DNA of 64,000 nt. Source: Octopus vulgaris. Lineage: Eukaryota. The stretch's first letter is position 1. Every line of letters begins with the position of its first letter. Below are positions 27,413 to 41,410 of the stretch, one piece after another. The position numbers and the translations under genes are program-made. Location: NCBI GenBank assembly GCA_951406725.2, contig OX597824.1, positions 93,930,001-93,994,000 on the forward strand, in the 5' to 3' direction. The notes under the pieces are model-generated. The model worked only from the letters and a program-made list of their open reading frames with translations, was not told the origin of the DNA and made no database searches.

Positions 27413-27822
27413 CTCTTTTACTCTTTTACTTGTTTCAGTCATTTGGCCATGCTGGAGCACTGCGTTTAGTCGGGCACATCGACCCCAGGACTTATTCTTT
27501 GTAAGCCTAGTACTTATTCTATCGGTCTCTTTTGCCGAACCGCTAAGTTACGGGGACGTAAACACCCCATCATCGGTTGTCAAGCGATGTTGGGGGGACA
27601 AACACAGACACACAAACATATACAAACACATACATACATATATATATATACATATACATATATAGGACGGGCTTCTTTCAGATTCCGTCTATTAAATCCA
27701 CTCACAAGGCTTTGATTGGCCCGAGGTTATAGTAGAAGACACTTGCCCAAGGTGCCATGCAGTAGGACTGAACCCGGAACCATGTAGTTCGTAAGCAAGC
27801 TACTTACCAGACAGGCCACTGC
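27413..27822 (-). mobile_element. SINE family A, near full length
   Basis: Reverse complement of the family A sequence with (ctctttta)n tail. Confidence 0.92.
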
Positions 27823-28379
27823 TATATATATATATAGAAACATACATACTTACAAATGAATGTAAATACAATACTAATTCTCACACACATTACTCGTATA
27901 TATTCACATAAAACATAAATACGAACAATAGGACTCAACGAGTTCGCGTTAGTTTCGCGATGAACACCGAAGCCAAGGTACGAAAGATGGGCAACAACAA
28001 CAACTGCAACAGCAGCAGCGGCAACAACAATAGCAATAACAACGCCATTCTGATTCGCATTACACAAAGCGCCATAAAAAAATAGAATATAATTGCCAGC
28101 AGCGAGAGAAGAGCAAAGAGCAAATATGTAACAATAACTGCAAATCAATGAAACTATGCTAAGATGTGCTTAGAGATGATGGCTCCATCTTGTATGGCCT
28201 ATTGTGAGGCGAATAACCCACAGAAACATATGTAGCACACGTTCATATATATATATGCTCTTTTGCCCCCTGACTGGATATATACTCAGTTTTTCAAGCA
28301 CGTGTATGTATAAGCGCGCATGTGTGTGTATGTGTGCGTGTGCACGTGTGTTTATATATATATATATATATATATATAA

Positions 28380-28573
28380 TCAGTCACCATGATAGATCGG
28401 TAGCCACTACACACATTTTTTTTCTTGCCTTGTTTTTTCTGTGTCCCTTTCTGTAGAAGAGCGTAGGCTCGAAACGTAAAAGGCTTTTTTCAATTCCTGG
28501 GCGTTATACTAATACATTTGTTTGTTTTATACACCACCTGTCTTCGTCTTTTGTTTTTTTCGTGAACTCTCCC
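28380..28573 (+). mobile_element. Family E retroposon with hammerhead-like fold at 28446-28483
   Basis: ccttt-CUGUAGA-a-gagc(gtag)gctc-GAAA-CGUA-aaagg; flanked by (TA)n on both sides; three copies in the window. Confidence 0.8.
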
Positions 28574-28592
28574 TATATATATATATATATAT

Positions 28593-28829
28593 ATCACCGT
28601 GACCGACCACGCTATCGGATGTTGCTACATATCGCTGGTCACAATGCGCTTCACATTGCTTTTTAGCCTTGAAATGACGCCACCCCGCTGGCTAAGCGAG
28701 CAGGCCTACAGTAGAAAGAGTGAGAGAAAGTTGTGGTAAAAGAGTACAGTAGGGACCGCCACCACCCCACTGCAGGAGCATCGTGAAGCTGTTTAGGTGT
28801 TTTCGCTCAATAAACACTCACAACGCCCG
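28593..28829 (-). mobile_element. SINE family D, 5'-truncated (tail type 2)
   Basis: Shares the agaaagagtgagagaaagttgtgg...gtgttttcgctcaataaacactcacaacgcccgg body with 8364; tail homologous to 44780-44879. Confidence 0.8.
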
Positions 28830-29624
28830 GGAGAAACGGAGGCAGAAAATCGCCAACGATTCAGTTTTGTATATATATAAATGTGTGTCTGTACGCAAAA
28901 TGGAGTTAGAAAAATGTGCTTCGTTCTAATGAGCAACATCAACATCAAAAACAAACCAACTCAGCAACAACAATATTGCAAATCAAGCAGGAAAAATTAT
29001 CACAAGAAATCAGGAAAGCGTCAGAAAGATTCACACAAATACGAGAAACCAGGAAGTATCTGAAAATAACGTTTTCACATTCAGATTATCTCTCGCGTCA
29101 TCCTTATAGTAACACGCACACGCACCCACACTTATACATACACATACATATGCACGTATATATATATATGTATATAGATAAATTAGTCTTATCTTCAAAA
29201 TAGGCCATTTGCTTCCTCTTTCTTTTCATAATAGAGAATTGTTCCATTTATGAGTTGAATCCGTACCACTGGCAATATTTGCGCTTCTCGTTATATGAAT
29301 TTTGTCTTCTATGTGTTTGGACACCTTTTTTCTACACGTACGCATGCTTATACATAAGCCTATGTGTTTATGCATGTGTATGTGAGCGTATGTGTATGTG
29401 AGCGTATGTGTATGTGAGCGTATGTGTATGTTTGTGTGAAGTCATATAACCGCTTTATTAAATTAGTAAGTTTAGCGAGCTGTATTGGTGCCAAATGGCT
29501 GAAATAAATGGCCTATTTGTGAGATAAAACGGAATAAATTTAACAGACTTTATTTGCTACAAGCATCGCGTACCATTTTCTTGTACACTATGCATTTCTT
29601 AATGAAACGATAAGGTTCACATAT

Positions 29625-29688
<64 letters not shown>

Positions 29689-29704
29689 CACGCACGCACA
29701 GACA

Positions 29705-29751
<47 letters not shown>

Positions 29752-30951
29752 GTATGTATATGTATTTACATATCAATTTTGAAACAAAGACAGACAGACA
29801 TAAATATTTAATGCCATTGTTATAAAACATTTCTTTTACAATCATATATTTCTGGGTTTGAACCCGCGACTCCAGATCTCGCAGCAAGACCCTTCTACTG
29901 TGTTATAGCATTGATTCAATGACTGTCTTAAGAATGCTATATGTTGTATACGGGTCGGCCTTATATGCGTATTACGATTATTTAATTTGCGAATAACTGA
30001 AGAAGAAATATCGTTAATAAACCTTCATATTGAAAAGAGAAAACGAAATCTTAGCCACTCTGACAATTCCACTGTTTCATGTGTGAGAAATAAGTAAAGA
30101 GGGACAAACAGACAGACAGAAAAAAAGAGAGACAGACAGACAGTCAGACAGAGGCAGAGAAAAGAAGCATGAGACCGAGAGAATAAATACATGTGTCAAT
30201 GGATCCAGTTTTTAAACCACCGCTATTAACACCACCATTAACGTTTTTATCTCTCATCCTTCTCTATTTCCCCCTCTCTCTTTCTCTCTCTTTATGTCTC
30301 GCTCTCTTTTTCTATCATTCCCTCCGTCTTCTATTATGGCAATCAGAGAGTAACAGTAACAACGAAAGTGTAAGATGACACAGAAAGAAGACATAAGAGT
30401 TTGACGTTACAAAAACGTAATACCACCATCACCACAATTCATAATAATTGTTCTCCTCTGTCTGGCTCTAGTTATAACACTGTCTCGTTATGTAACCCTC
30501 ACTCTCTATTTCTTTGAATTCTCCTATACCAGAGAGAGAGAAAGATAGTGAAATAAGATATATAAATTTCCAAACAGACATGAACGAAGGGAAAATTAGA
30601 GTTTTTATCTCCTCGTATATATGACATCGCTAACATTACCACCACTCTGCTACTTTCGTCTCTGTTTATCACTCGCTTTTTATAAGTGGCTGTCATACCC
30701 TATCATTCTTTATTCCCTGTCCAGGAAAATAGAAACAGACAGACGGAGACGGACAGACAGAGAAAGACAGGCCGAAAGATTATTACACTTTCTCCGTTCT
30801 AACTTTCTATCTTTCAACGTCCTCATCGACAGAGATAGTGGTGTGAGTCTTGAGAGAGATTTGTTATTCCTCAAAGTAAATGTGATACAAACGTCACTTG
30901 TGAAGTGAATAATAATAATAATTCACAAGGTTCAGTTTGAAAGACTATCTG

Positions 30952-31060
<109 letters not shown>

Positions 31061-31256
31061 ATATGTATACACATGTATATGTGAGTGTATATGTATGCAT
31101 GTATGTATTACATATAAATATAAATATATATGTATATATATATATACATACATATATATACATATATATATACATACATATACATGCATACATATATATA
31201 TACATACATATACATACATATATATATATACATACATATACATACATATATATACA

Positions 31257-31334
<78 letters not shown>

Positions 31335-31816
31335 CATGTATATATATGTATGTATATATATATATACATACATACATATATAAATATGTGGTTACATAAG
31401 CATATATATATATAGTTATGTCTATGTTTGGGTGCACAGCAATTAGTCTGTCACATTTAATAATAAATGATTTTTTTTTCTCCGGTTTCTACATTTATCG
31501 GTGAGATGGCCAACCGTAATTGTTTCGAGAGAAGTAAAGACACAGGCGAGGGGATGAATACAGTTTGTGGTGAAAATCAGTTAATTTCAATTAGATGTAA
31601 TGAGTTCGACTCCAGTGATTGATATTACAAAGATATATAAATGGGAGAATATGCATCGCATTATTCCACTGCTGGAAATAGCAACCAAGCTTACGAATAA
31701 CACCCTGAAGGGACACAAGACACAGTGTATTCACATATTTACACACCGACACACATGCACATACACTCAGACGTGCGTATGTATATATATATATATATAC
31801 CCGCCCACACAGACAC

Positions 31817-31868
<52 letters not shown>

Positions 31869-31872
<4 letters not shown>

Positions 31873-32452
31873 TTATATATGAGGATAATATCGATATTTA
31901 AGTGTCGAAATTATCAAGTGGCCAGCATGAAGGAAGTACCTTACAAAGGTAAAAAAATTTTTAACAATTAAAAATGAGGGTGTCTAAAAGACACCAACAT
32001 GCCGAAATAGCAGTCGAAACTCTGACTATAAAACCACGTTAAATGTTCATATCGCACCATGAGGTAAAGCGGAGGGACAAAACATACAAGCAAAAATTAT
32101 TGAATAATTCAAGATCCAAGGATTTCTGGTTCTGCTTTAGATAAGCTTTACCGTCATCAATTGAATATATCAAGGGTACATAAATACAGATATATATATG
32201 CACAGCAAACGATATACTTACATATACGAGCGTCGCACATACATCCATATGCACGTATGAACACAGCCAGTTTGAATCGCCCGCCAAATCACCGCATAAG
32301 TACGACATGGTTAAAATAAGCACCGCAGTGAATATAGTAACGAATTATATAAATTTATATATGAGGATAATATCGATATTTAAGTGTCGAAATTATCAAT
32401 TGGCCAGCATGAAAGAAATACCTTACAAAGGTAAAAAAATTTTTAACAATTA

Positions 32453-32457
<5 letters not shown>
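31869..32457. repeat. 107 bp direct repeats (31869-31975 and 32351-32457) around a 375 bp spacer, bounded by (TA)n
   Basis: Three substitutions between the copies. Confidence 0.9.
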
Positions 32458-32502
<45 letters not shown>

Positions 32503-32861
32503 TGTGGGGATGTATTTATATATAGGTAGATATACCGCATGCATGGAGTGATTATGGATGGAACGCCTTAGAACGCATATCTGTTCTGTCGGGGTTAAAC
32601 AAGGACAATAGACAATAATCACATTATAAGATAGTTTAATGTTGTTCTCGTTCTTTTGTTGACGTTGTTGCTGTTGTGGTGGTGGTGGCGGTGGTGGTGG
32701 TGGTGGTGGTGGTGGTGCTGCTGGTGTTGACTATCCTCAGGAACGATCAGATTCAGCAGAATCAATTCCAGTCAATTACAATCCAATCTTGACCATCCCC
32801 AATCCCAATACGTCGATGAAACCTAATACGACATTATCGAAAGTATGCAAATAGACGGAGG

Positions 32862-33212
32862 TTGCATGGCACCTTGGGCGAGTGTCTTCTATTATAGCCA
32901 CGGGCTGACCAAAGTCCTGTGAGTAGATTCGGTATACGGAAACCGAAAGAAGCCCGTCGTGTGTGTATGTGTGCCTCTGTGTTTGTGTGTCTGTATCAAT
33001 GTAGAGCACCAATCATCGCGTGACAACCGATGTTGGTGTGTTTACGTCCCCCCTAAATTAGCGGTTCCGCATTAAAAAAAACTGATGAAATAAGTACCAG
33101 ACTTTAAGAAAAAATGTACTGGGGTCGATTCATTCGACTAATAATTCTTTTCAAGGCGGTGCCCCAGCATGGCCGCAGTCTAATGACTGAAACAGTTGAT
33201 GAAAGAGAAAGC
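32862..33212 (+). mobile_element. SINE family A, 5'-truncated and diverged
   Basis: tggcaccttgggcgagtgtcttct...gaagcccgtcg...ggggtcgattcattcgact...ccagcatggccgcagtc. Confidence 0.85.
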
Positions 33213-33812
33213 AAACGAATACGACTTTCGATTAAATGGCTGATGGACTTTAACAGTCAACGAGAAAACACCAACCGACAATCTCGCCAGCCAGACTGCC
33301 CGCCAGCCAACCGGCCAGCCAACCAACCTGCCAGCCAGTAGGCCAGCCTGCCGGCCACTTGGTTTTCTTTTCTTTTTGTCGTTGTTCTTTTTTCCTTTTA
33401 TATATTTTCCCGTTTGCTTCCTGTCTGTTCTTCTTTGGTTGATTTCTTCAAAAGAATCGATGTCCACGTTGGTTGACAATGAAAGAAAGCGAGAGAAAGA
33501 GAGAGAGAAGAATCTGTGTCAAGCTATACTGTTACAAAGAAATGTGCCACCATTTTCTTCTCCAAGTATTACAATAGAAAGAGAAATAAGTACGCTTCTT
33601 TTTTTTCCAAAGAATAAAGAAGAACGAAGTGGAGGAGGAGGAGGAGGAGGAGGAGGAGGAGGAGGGGGAAAGAGAGAAGTGGGGCAGACGTAGGAGGTGA
33701 AAAAAAATATTTGGCTTGATGGCGTGCGACGCTTGACAATGAGTTTGTGTAGCAAGCAAAATGAGAATATAATAGAAATATACCGACCCTTCACGGCACA
33801 CATATGTATATA

Positions 33813-33874
<62 letters not shown>

Positions 33875-34961
33875 TATATATATACGCATATATATATGAA
33901 CATATATATATATATACATATACATATATATACACATAAACATACACACATATAAATGAAAACAAATATATGCCTTTGCATATATATATATATATAAACA
34001 CATGCGTGTATGTGTAGAAGTATGTGAGTATATGTGTGCGTAAGTTTATGTATTTATATATATATATGTGAGTGTGTGTGTGTATTTATATATATATACA
34101 TATTTATATATATATATATATGTTCGTAAGAAGTGCAGGCAGAGATGTGTGTACAAATATGAATAGATAATAGTCCCCCCGTATCCAATATACCATAACA
34201 CATAATGCTAACAATTAATCGTTACCCTACTTACTGGAGACGCCGCATGTGCCTATGTGTATATCCATATACAGATGTGAATCAAGATTCCTATATACGT
34301 GTGGGAATACATAAATACATGCTTATATATGCATGATATATTTATATATATATATATATATATATATGATAGCTGCTTGTCCGTTTCTTGTATGGCGGCA
34401 CGTAACAATAGCGAACGAGGAAATGATACGACATATCCGCATACAAACTTACATACATGCATACATACACGGTATCAAACACACGGATATTTGTACGCAC
34501 CTATATATATAATATATATAGGCCAATGTGAGCGAATGTGAGCCAATGTGTGTGTGTGTGTAAACTAAATAATATCGTCATTACCTGTTCGTCTCTATAT
34601 TTTCATCTGCCGTTTTCTCTACACGTAAGAGATCTCTATTGATAATCTACCTTCCTATTATTTTGTCTGCCATTATATGGTCGCAAATCAGAGTAAGACC
34701 GTGTGTCCGTGTGTCTGTCTCTCTGTCTATTTAAATGTGCGTGTTTCGTTTCTATGTTGCGTATCAGTGTGTAAACGTACGTTTGATAGTTCAAAAATGG
34801 TTGAACTATATTTTTACCTGGTTTGTTAGCTCTATTGTTGAGCAGCAGCGTTCGTATGCGCGCTTCGTCGTAACATCCATTGTGTCTGTTATACTGCCAT
34901 ATTTGATGAGTGTGCGTATATGTATAAATGCTGCATAAACACATATACGCATATATATATA

Positions 34962-35098
34962 CTTTATTTAAAGCAGCAGAAAATTCAGAGTAACAGATTT
35001 TGTTGAATTTTCTGCTGCTTTAAATAAAGCATATTACTCTACCACTGGTATTTGAGTACTCTTTTTTCCACCTTGTTTCACATTTATGTGTTTACTCC

Positions 35099-35100
<2 letters not shown>
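34962..35100 (+). mobile_element. Family H element, intermediate fold-back form, in (TA)n
   Basis: 26 bp perfect arms 34962-34987 and 35004-35029, 71 bp tail to ccgg at 35100. Confidence 0.9.
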
Positions 35101-35196
<96 letters not shown>

Positions 35197-35198
35197 TG

Positions 35199-35236
<38 letters not shown>

Positions 35237-35265
35237 GTAAGTATGTATGTATGTATGTATATATA

Positions 35266-35505
35266 CAGTAATCCCTCGCCATCTCGTGGCTCACTTGTCG
35301 CGCTTCACCTATCGCGGGTTATTATTTAGGCTTACGTCGATTCCTCTCTGGTGTTGTTTTGCATTTATAATGAAATAAATACATACAAATTGTGAAAATA
35401 ATAATTTTAAAAAATATGCTGTACACTACTGTTACTAAGTTGCAGATTTTCATCTATCGCGTGTGGTCTTGGAACGTGACAGCCGCAATATCCTAGGGAT
35501 TAATG
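35266..35505 (+). mobile_element. pogo/Tigger-like MITE
   Basis: TA-cagtaatccctcg ... tagggattaatg-TA imperfect TIRs; second copy in opposite orientation at 52730-53411. Confidence 0.75.
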
Positions 35506-35540
35506 TATATGTATAAGTGTGTATATATATATATATATAT

Positions 35541-35696
35541 GGCTGTATAGTAAGTAGCTTGTTTACCGACCACATGGTCCCGGGCTCAGTCCCACAGCGT
35601 TGCAACTTGGGCGAGTGTCTTCCAATATAGCGTCGGGCCGACCAAACCCTAGTGAGTGGATTTGGTAGACGGAAACTGAAAGAAGCCCGTCGTATA

Positions 35697-35700
<4 letters not shown>
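35541..35700 (+). mobile_element. SINE family A, 5' half ending in microsatellite
   Basis: ggctgtatagtaagtagcttg...gaaactgaaagaagcccgtcg then (TA)n(GA)n(AGAT)n. Confidence 0.85.
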
Positions 35701-35768
<68 letters not shown>

Positions 35769-35770
35769 AG

Positions 35771-35893
<123 letters not shown>

Positions 35894-36497
35894 GAGAAGG
35901 AAAGGAACCAAAGCTAGACAATGTTTCAATCAAATTAGTAATAACCATTGTTAGAGAAAAATACGTTTTCACGTTATCCATTAATGGTTGCTTGTACCCT
36001 TCTCTCTCCCTACTTTAAATCATTCTTCTCCAATATCTTCCTCTCCCACACTCTCCCATTCTGCCTCTGTTTTTGCATTTTTATTTGTTGTTTTTTACTT
36101 TTGTTTTTGTTTTGTTTTTTGGGGTGGGGATGTGAGGATTTAACTTGAAACCAAATGCTTTATTGATTGCTAACCGCAAGCTCTTCTTTTAATTAAAAAA
36201 TATTCCTTGAAAGTGAGTTAATAGGTTCGCATAATATAAAATATGTCTGCTTCTGTTTAAATATCATAGACTAATAAGTGAAAGCAAGAAACAAAACTCA
36301 AATGCGTTGCTCTTTCTTTCGTTTTAGGTCCAGAATACTGGGGTAAACTCAACCACGAGTGGACACTCTGTGACATAGGAAAACAACAATCACCTATCAA
36401 TATCGATCCTAAGTTACTGGTTTATGATCCTAATTTGAGGCCATTTAAGATGGAAAGAAAACGGGTAAGTACTCCAGTCTTTACATACACATATACA

Positions 36498-36566
<69 letters not shown>

Positions 36567-36740
36567 GCACACACGTACATATATATGTTTACTTTTATAT
36601 GAATTACAAGAAAATCTAACACTGAATTATTGGACTGAAGAATTAAAAATTATATTTTGCCGCGCAAATGTTTATTAACATTTTACAAATTTACGGTTGG
36701 TGGTGGCTTTGATGCTATCCTCCGTGGGTTTGTATATATA

Positions 36741-37062
36741 TATAATCAGAAAATGGAGAAAAACCTCGGATCAATATCGATTGGACCATATTTATAGCTT
36801 ATTTTTTTAAATACAAAGCATGACATAACATATTAACATATATGTGACTTAAAAAATCTTACGGCCGTTTCTGCATCCGATGTTTTTGTTGATCTGAGGC
36901 TCTTTCCATTTTCTGATTATATTTGTTTCCTGATATGCTCCTTTTTAACCTGTTGCTACCTGGACTCTACGTGCATAGTGTTCCTGCATACCAATGTCCA
37001 GAGGTAACACGGGTAACGGATATATGCGGATATCTTAGTCGGTTATAATAACCACTAACTCT
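36741..37062 (+). mobile_element. Older fold-back Penelope-like insertion
   Basis: Imperfect inverted arms 36741-36774 and 36889-36921; minus-strand GAAACGGCCGUA (36860-36871) is a hammerhead helix III and cleavage half. Right boundary approximate. Confidence 0.5.
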
Positions 37063-37075
37063 ATTTACACTATGC

Positions 37076-37299
37076 TATTGGGTTGTCTGGAAAGTTCGTG
37101 CCGATTTACAGTAGGTTACCTTTCGATTTATTTTAGAACATGGTTGAGTCCATAAAACAGGATTTGACTACAACTCCATTGTGTTCATCAATTAAATACA
37201 AAACATACATAAAATAGACGTAAACGCACTACAGATATTCATGAATCTATTAAATTTATATAATTAATGAAGGCAGCGAATTTTTGGGTGTCCTCCATA
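37076..37299. mobile_element. Mariner-like non-autonomous relic
   Basis: TA-ttgggttgtctggaaagttcgtgccgattt is a mariner-type TIR; a decayed counterpart may lie at about 37272-37299. Confidence 0.5.
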
Positions 37300-37599
37300 G
37301 TAAATTTTAATAAGAAAAATAAACACTGTTTAGCAAGTCAGCATTTTATAAATGTCGTTATTGCTGTAATTATTTCGAAGCAATTCTGCCGGTAGCATTA
37401 ACATGTTGTCTTCGTAGAACAGGAAGAAGAACAATGTCATACGAAGATATACATATGTTTTGACCTTTCTCGGCAACGAAATAAATTCCATTCTAATGAG
37501 CCTGTCCACTTTGTTTCAGACAGGTGCCACGAAGAAGTACTTTACAATTCTGAATGTAATTTGTTTTTCTGTATTAATTCTATGAAGAGATAAATAGGT

Positions 37600-38230
37600 T
37601 CTACTTTTTGTTGTTTCTTAACCCTAAGTTAGATAATCTTGATCAAAGAGACCTCATATTCAAGGTATTTCAAATATGACAGCGTCATCTATGAAGAGAA
37701 AATAGAGTCACATTATCGAAGATGGCAGGATGTGACCGGAAGGAAATTTGGCTGCCCTTTCTAGCAAGCAGTGTAGTAAGATAGGGGCTCCTCCTTTGAG
37801 ATGAGGGTATTATTAACAAATGATCGAACCTGTTAAACATAAGTAACATTTTCATTACTAAAACAATTGAGAATCATCTATGCTGTTGAAAAGTCTAGAA
37901 ACAGCAGCTAATTCGCCTGCAGTTTACACTTTATCGACTTCAATAAAAAATGGTATATATGAAAACGTAATACATGATACTAAAAATACAGAATCATGAC
38001 TTCTTCAATAGCGTCGATCTTTTATTTGATTGGGTAAACCTAGAGCAACGGAGAATGTCTTGGATTGATTATTCAACCTGATGGAAAATGTAACCAAGTC
38101 TTTCTCAAATAAAATCTTATGTGTCTTAAACAAAGAACCAAGCATTAGAAAATGTAGTCCCTGATATGAAAAATAGAGAGAATGGTCACAACTTGAGTGT
38201 CTTTAAACAAAGGTACTCCGATGAACTTTC
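37600..38230. repeat. Cluster of old interspersed repeat family F fragments (also about 45790-46040, 58345-58695, 59820-60025)
   Basis: Recurrent ctagaaa(t/c)agcagc(c/t)aa...aatgtagtccta/ctgatac...atggtca(c/t)ggctgga motifs in both orientations. Confidence 0.55.
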
Positions 38231-38622
38231 TAGTTTAGTGCCCTCTGCTAAGAATCACCCGATTTTTCTTCCTAGGTGCATCGTTTCTCTGTTGACCTTC
38301 TTGTTAGTCACAAGTCTTTTTATTCTAATTGCTGTTCTTCCTTGAACTGCTTCTCTCTGGAAGCCACTACCACCATCTTGTTTTCCTGTATTCTATGACA
38401 TTCGACCCTTTAAGCTTTCATTCAGCTGCGTTACGAGGTCCTTTTTTCCACTTCCTTTGTAGTCCCATATGCTACACTGACCTTAAGATTTCAGGAGAAA
38501 AATCTGTATATACAAAGAACCTTAATTCTTTTTAAATACATTCGATCTGAGTTAATCTGTAAGGCAAACAAGAATAACAACTAAATGCTAATTGTGTCCA
38601 TAGTGGTATGCCTAGTGTTGAT

Positions 38623-39019
38623 GGCGGCGAGATGGCAGAAACGTTTGCACACCGGGCCAAATGCTTTGCAGTATTTCGTCTGCCGTTACGTTCTGAGTTC
38701 AAATTCCGCCGAGGTCGACTTTGCCTTTCATCCTTTCGAGGTCGATAAATTAAGTACCAGTTACGCACTGGGGTCGATACAGTCGACTTAATCCGTTTGT
38801 CTGTCCTTGTTTGTCCTCTCTGTGTTTAGCCCCTTGTGGGTAGTAAAGAAATAGGTATTTCGTCTGCCGCTACGTTCTGAGTTCAAATTCCGCCGAACTC
38901 GACTTTGTCTTTCATCCTTTCGGGGTTGATAAATTAAGTACCAGTTACGCACTGGGGTCCCTTTGTCTGTCCTTGTTTGTCCTCTCTGTGTTTAGCACCT
39001 TGTGGGTAGTAAAGAAATA
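38623..39019 (+). mobile_element. SINE family B dimer with TSD
   Basis: ggtatgcctagt(g/a)tt duplicated at 38605-38619 and 39020-39034; second unit has a short deletion. Confidence 0.92.
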
Positions 39020-39509
39020 GGTATGCCTAGTATTCAGGGTACAAACCCGGGTTTATAAAACAAACACCGTGGGTAAAATACCGACTGTCGATCATTCGGC
39101 TGGCATGCCAAATAAACTATTGAGCAGTCATCAATCTAATGATTCATGATTCAATCACCACCCATGAATCTAAATAACATATATTAAAATACATTTTATT
39201 GATTGAGGTCTTTTTTTTTTGTTTTCCGCCATTTTGAAAGCTAATACTGGTTAATAAAAATACATACAGAAATACAAAAGACAAGACTACTTTCGTTTCG
39301 AAGGGAAAGAAAAGCTATCAAAGGTAAACTTCTAAAGACTTTCATTGATTGATGAGAAGTCTGAATGTAAGCAGTGATTTAAGTTGTTTTAATTAACGTT
39401 CTAACTCCCGTTGCCCGTTACACATCGTTCTTCATTTTACTTTTTGTTCTTAATTATATTACTCTCGAGACTAAATTTCTATCCGCCGCCTATCTCCCAC
39501 CACACACAA

Positions 39510-39544
<35 letters not shown>

Positions 39545-39737
39545 TCGTAATGCACATACGTACTCACTATCTGCTGCGTCTATAAGCTTATGTATATGAA
39601 TTTATGCTACAACTTTTCCAGTGGTTTGCTAACATGTTTTCTCAATCTCAGCTAGTTATAATGTACCATATATCCACATACATATAAGTGCATACAAACA
39701 CACACACATACACACTCATATATTTATATTATATATA

Positions 39738-39854
<117 letters not shown>

Positions 39855-39990
39855 TAACCAGATACACACACACTTTTATTATTTTTCTTGCGTTTCCATT
39901 TGTCTCTTTCTGCTTCGTGTAATTTGTTCTCTGTTCTTCTCCATTCATTTCATTCCTTCTATCACTTATGTATTTCAGCAATACATATTC

Positions 39991-40070
<80 letters not shown>

Positions 40071-40196
40071 CCATACATATATATATATAAATGGCAGCGA
40101 GTATTTATGGGAAATAGCATAGATATACATTCTTACACACGTACAAATACACGCATAAATAGATTTATATATATATATACACACAAATATATTTAT

Positions 40197-40245
<49 letters not shown>

Positions 40246-40390
40246 CACATACACACAAACACACACACACGCACATATATATTCACATACGTAGAAACAT
40301 GAGCAGACATATACTTCATCTTCCATTTCTATATTTTCTGACCGTTTGTCGTTTAATAATTTTATAATGTCCTCCCCACTTTCTCTCTCT

Positions 40391-40432
<42 letters not shown>

Positions 40433-40791
40433 TTCAATCTATCCATCTCTTTCTTTCTCGCTCTGTTTCTCTGCCTCACACTTTTCCCTCCCTCTCTCTC
40501 CTTCTCCTCTCTGACCCTATCTACTTACTCTCTCGTTCCCTGACTCCTTCTAAATGCTCCTTCATTTAAAAGTGATCTGAAGCACATCACATCTCCTTCC
40601 AATATTCTTGCTTTTGTTCTCATCGAATATTTCAATCTAATTCGTCCCTGCTCTCATTCTGCGTCATTTGCATTTTCCTGATTCGGACAAACCTCACCAA
40701 ATCTCTCTCTCTCTCTCTCTCCCTCTCTCCTTCCATCCTTGTCTATCTTAATCTTATATGTAAATTAGCTTTTTCTCCTCCTGTATATATG

Positions 40792-40948
40792 TTTCTTTAT
40801 TGCCCACAAGGGGCTAAACATAGAGGGGACAAACAAGGACAGACAAAGTGATTAAGTCGATCACATCGACCCCAGTGCGTAACTGGTACTTAATTTATCG
40901 ACCCCGAAAGGATGAAAGGCAAAGTCGACCTCGGCGGAATTTGAACTG
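40792..40948 (-). mobile_element. SINE family B, 5'-truncated single unit
   Basis: tttctttattgcccacaaggggctaaac...ggcggaatttgaact. Confidence 0.9.
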
Positions 40949-40957
40949 TATATATAC

Positions 40958-41110
40958 CCGCAAGTGTGACTGCGTTTACTTCTTAATCACATTGTCCAGG
41001 GTTCAGCCCCCACCCGCATAACATCTTGGGCAAATATCTTCTACTAGAGCTGCGAACTATCCAAACCCTTGTGAGTTGATTTGGCAGGCGAAACTGAATG
41101 AAGCCCGAAG

Positions 41111-41192
<82 letters not shown>

Positions 41193-41410
41193 TGTGTGTT
41201 TTTGTATGTATATTTGTGTGTGTATGTATATACATGTGTGTATGTTTGCGTTTATGTTTCTCCACCACCATTGTTCGACAACCGGTGTTAGTTTGTCTAT
41301 GTCCCTGTAACTGAGCGGGGACATACTTTGCACTGGGGTCGAATGGTTCGATTAAAACACTTGAAGGGGTGACCCAGCATGACCGCAGACTGAAAGGAGA
41401 AACATGAAAA
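40958..41410 (+). mobile_element. SINE family A, diverged
   Basis: Decayed head, gaaactgaatgaagcccg, internal microsatellite, ctggggtcgaatggttcga, ccagcatgaccgcag. Confidence 0.75.

Noticed and set aside
27960-28085. Short ATG-initiated N/S-rich frame (MNTEAKVRKMGNNNN...) in unique sequence
   Set aside because: Only about 41 codons, low complexity and no recognisable homology; could be regulatory, but this is unsupported.
29375-29430. 18 bp tandem repeat gtgtatgtgagcgtatgt x3, and gaattctaag repeats at about 13604
   Set aside because: Ordinary local slippage duplications.
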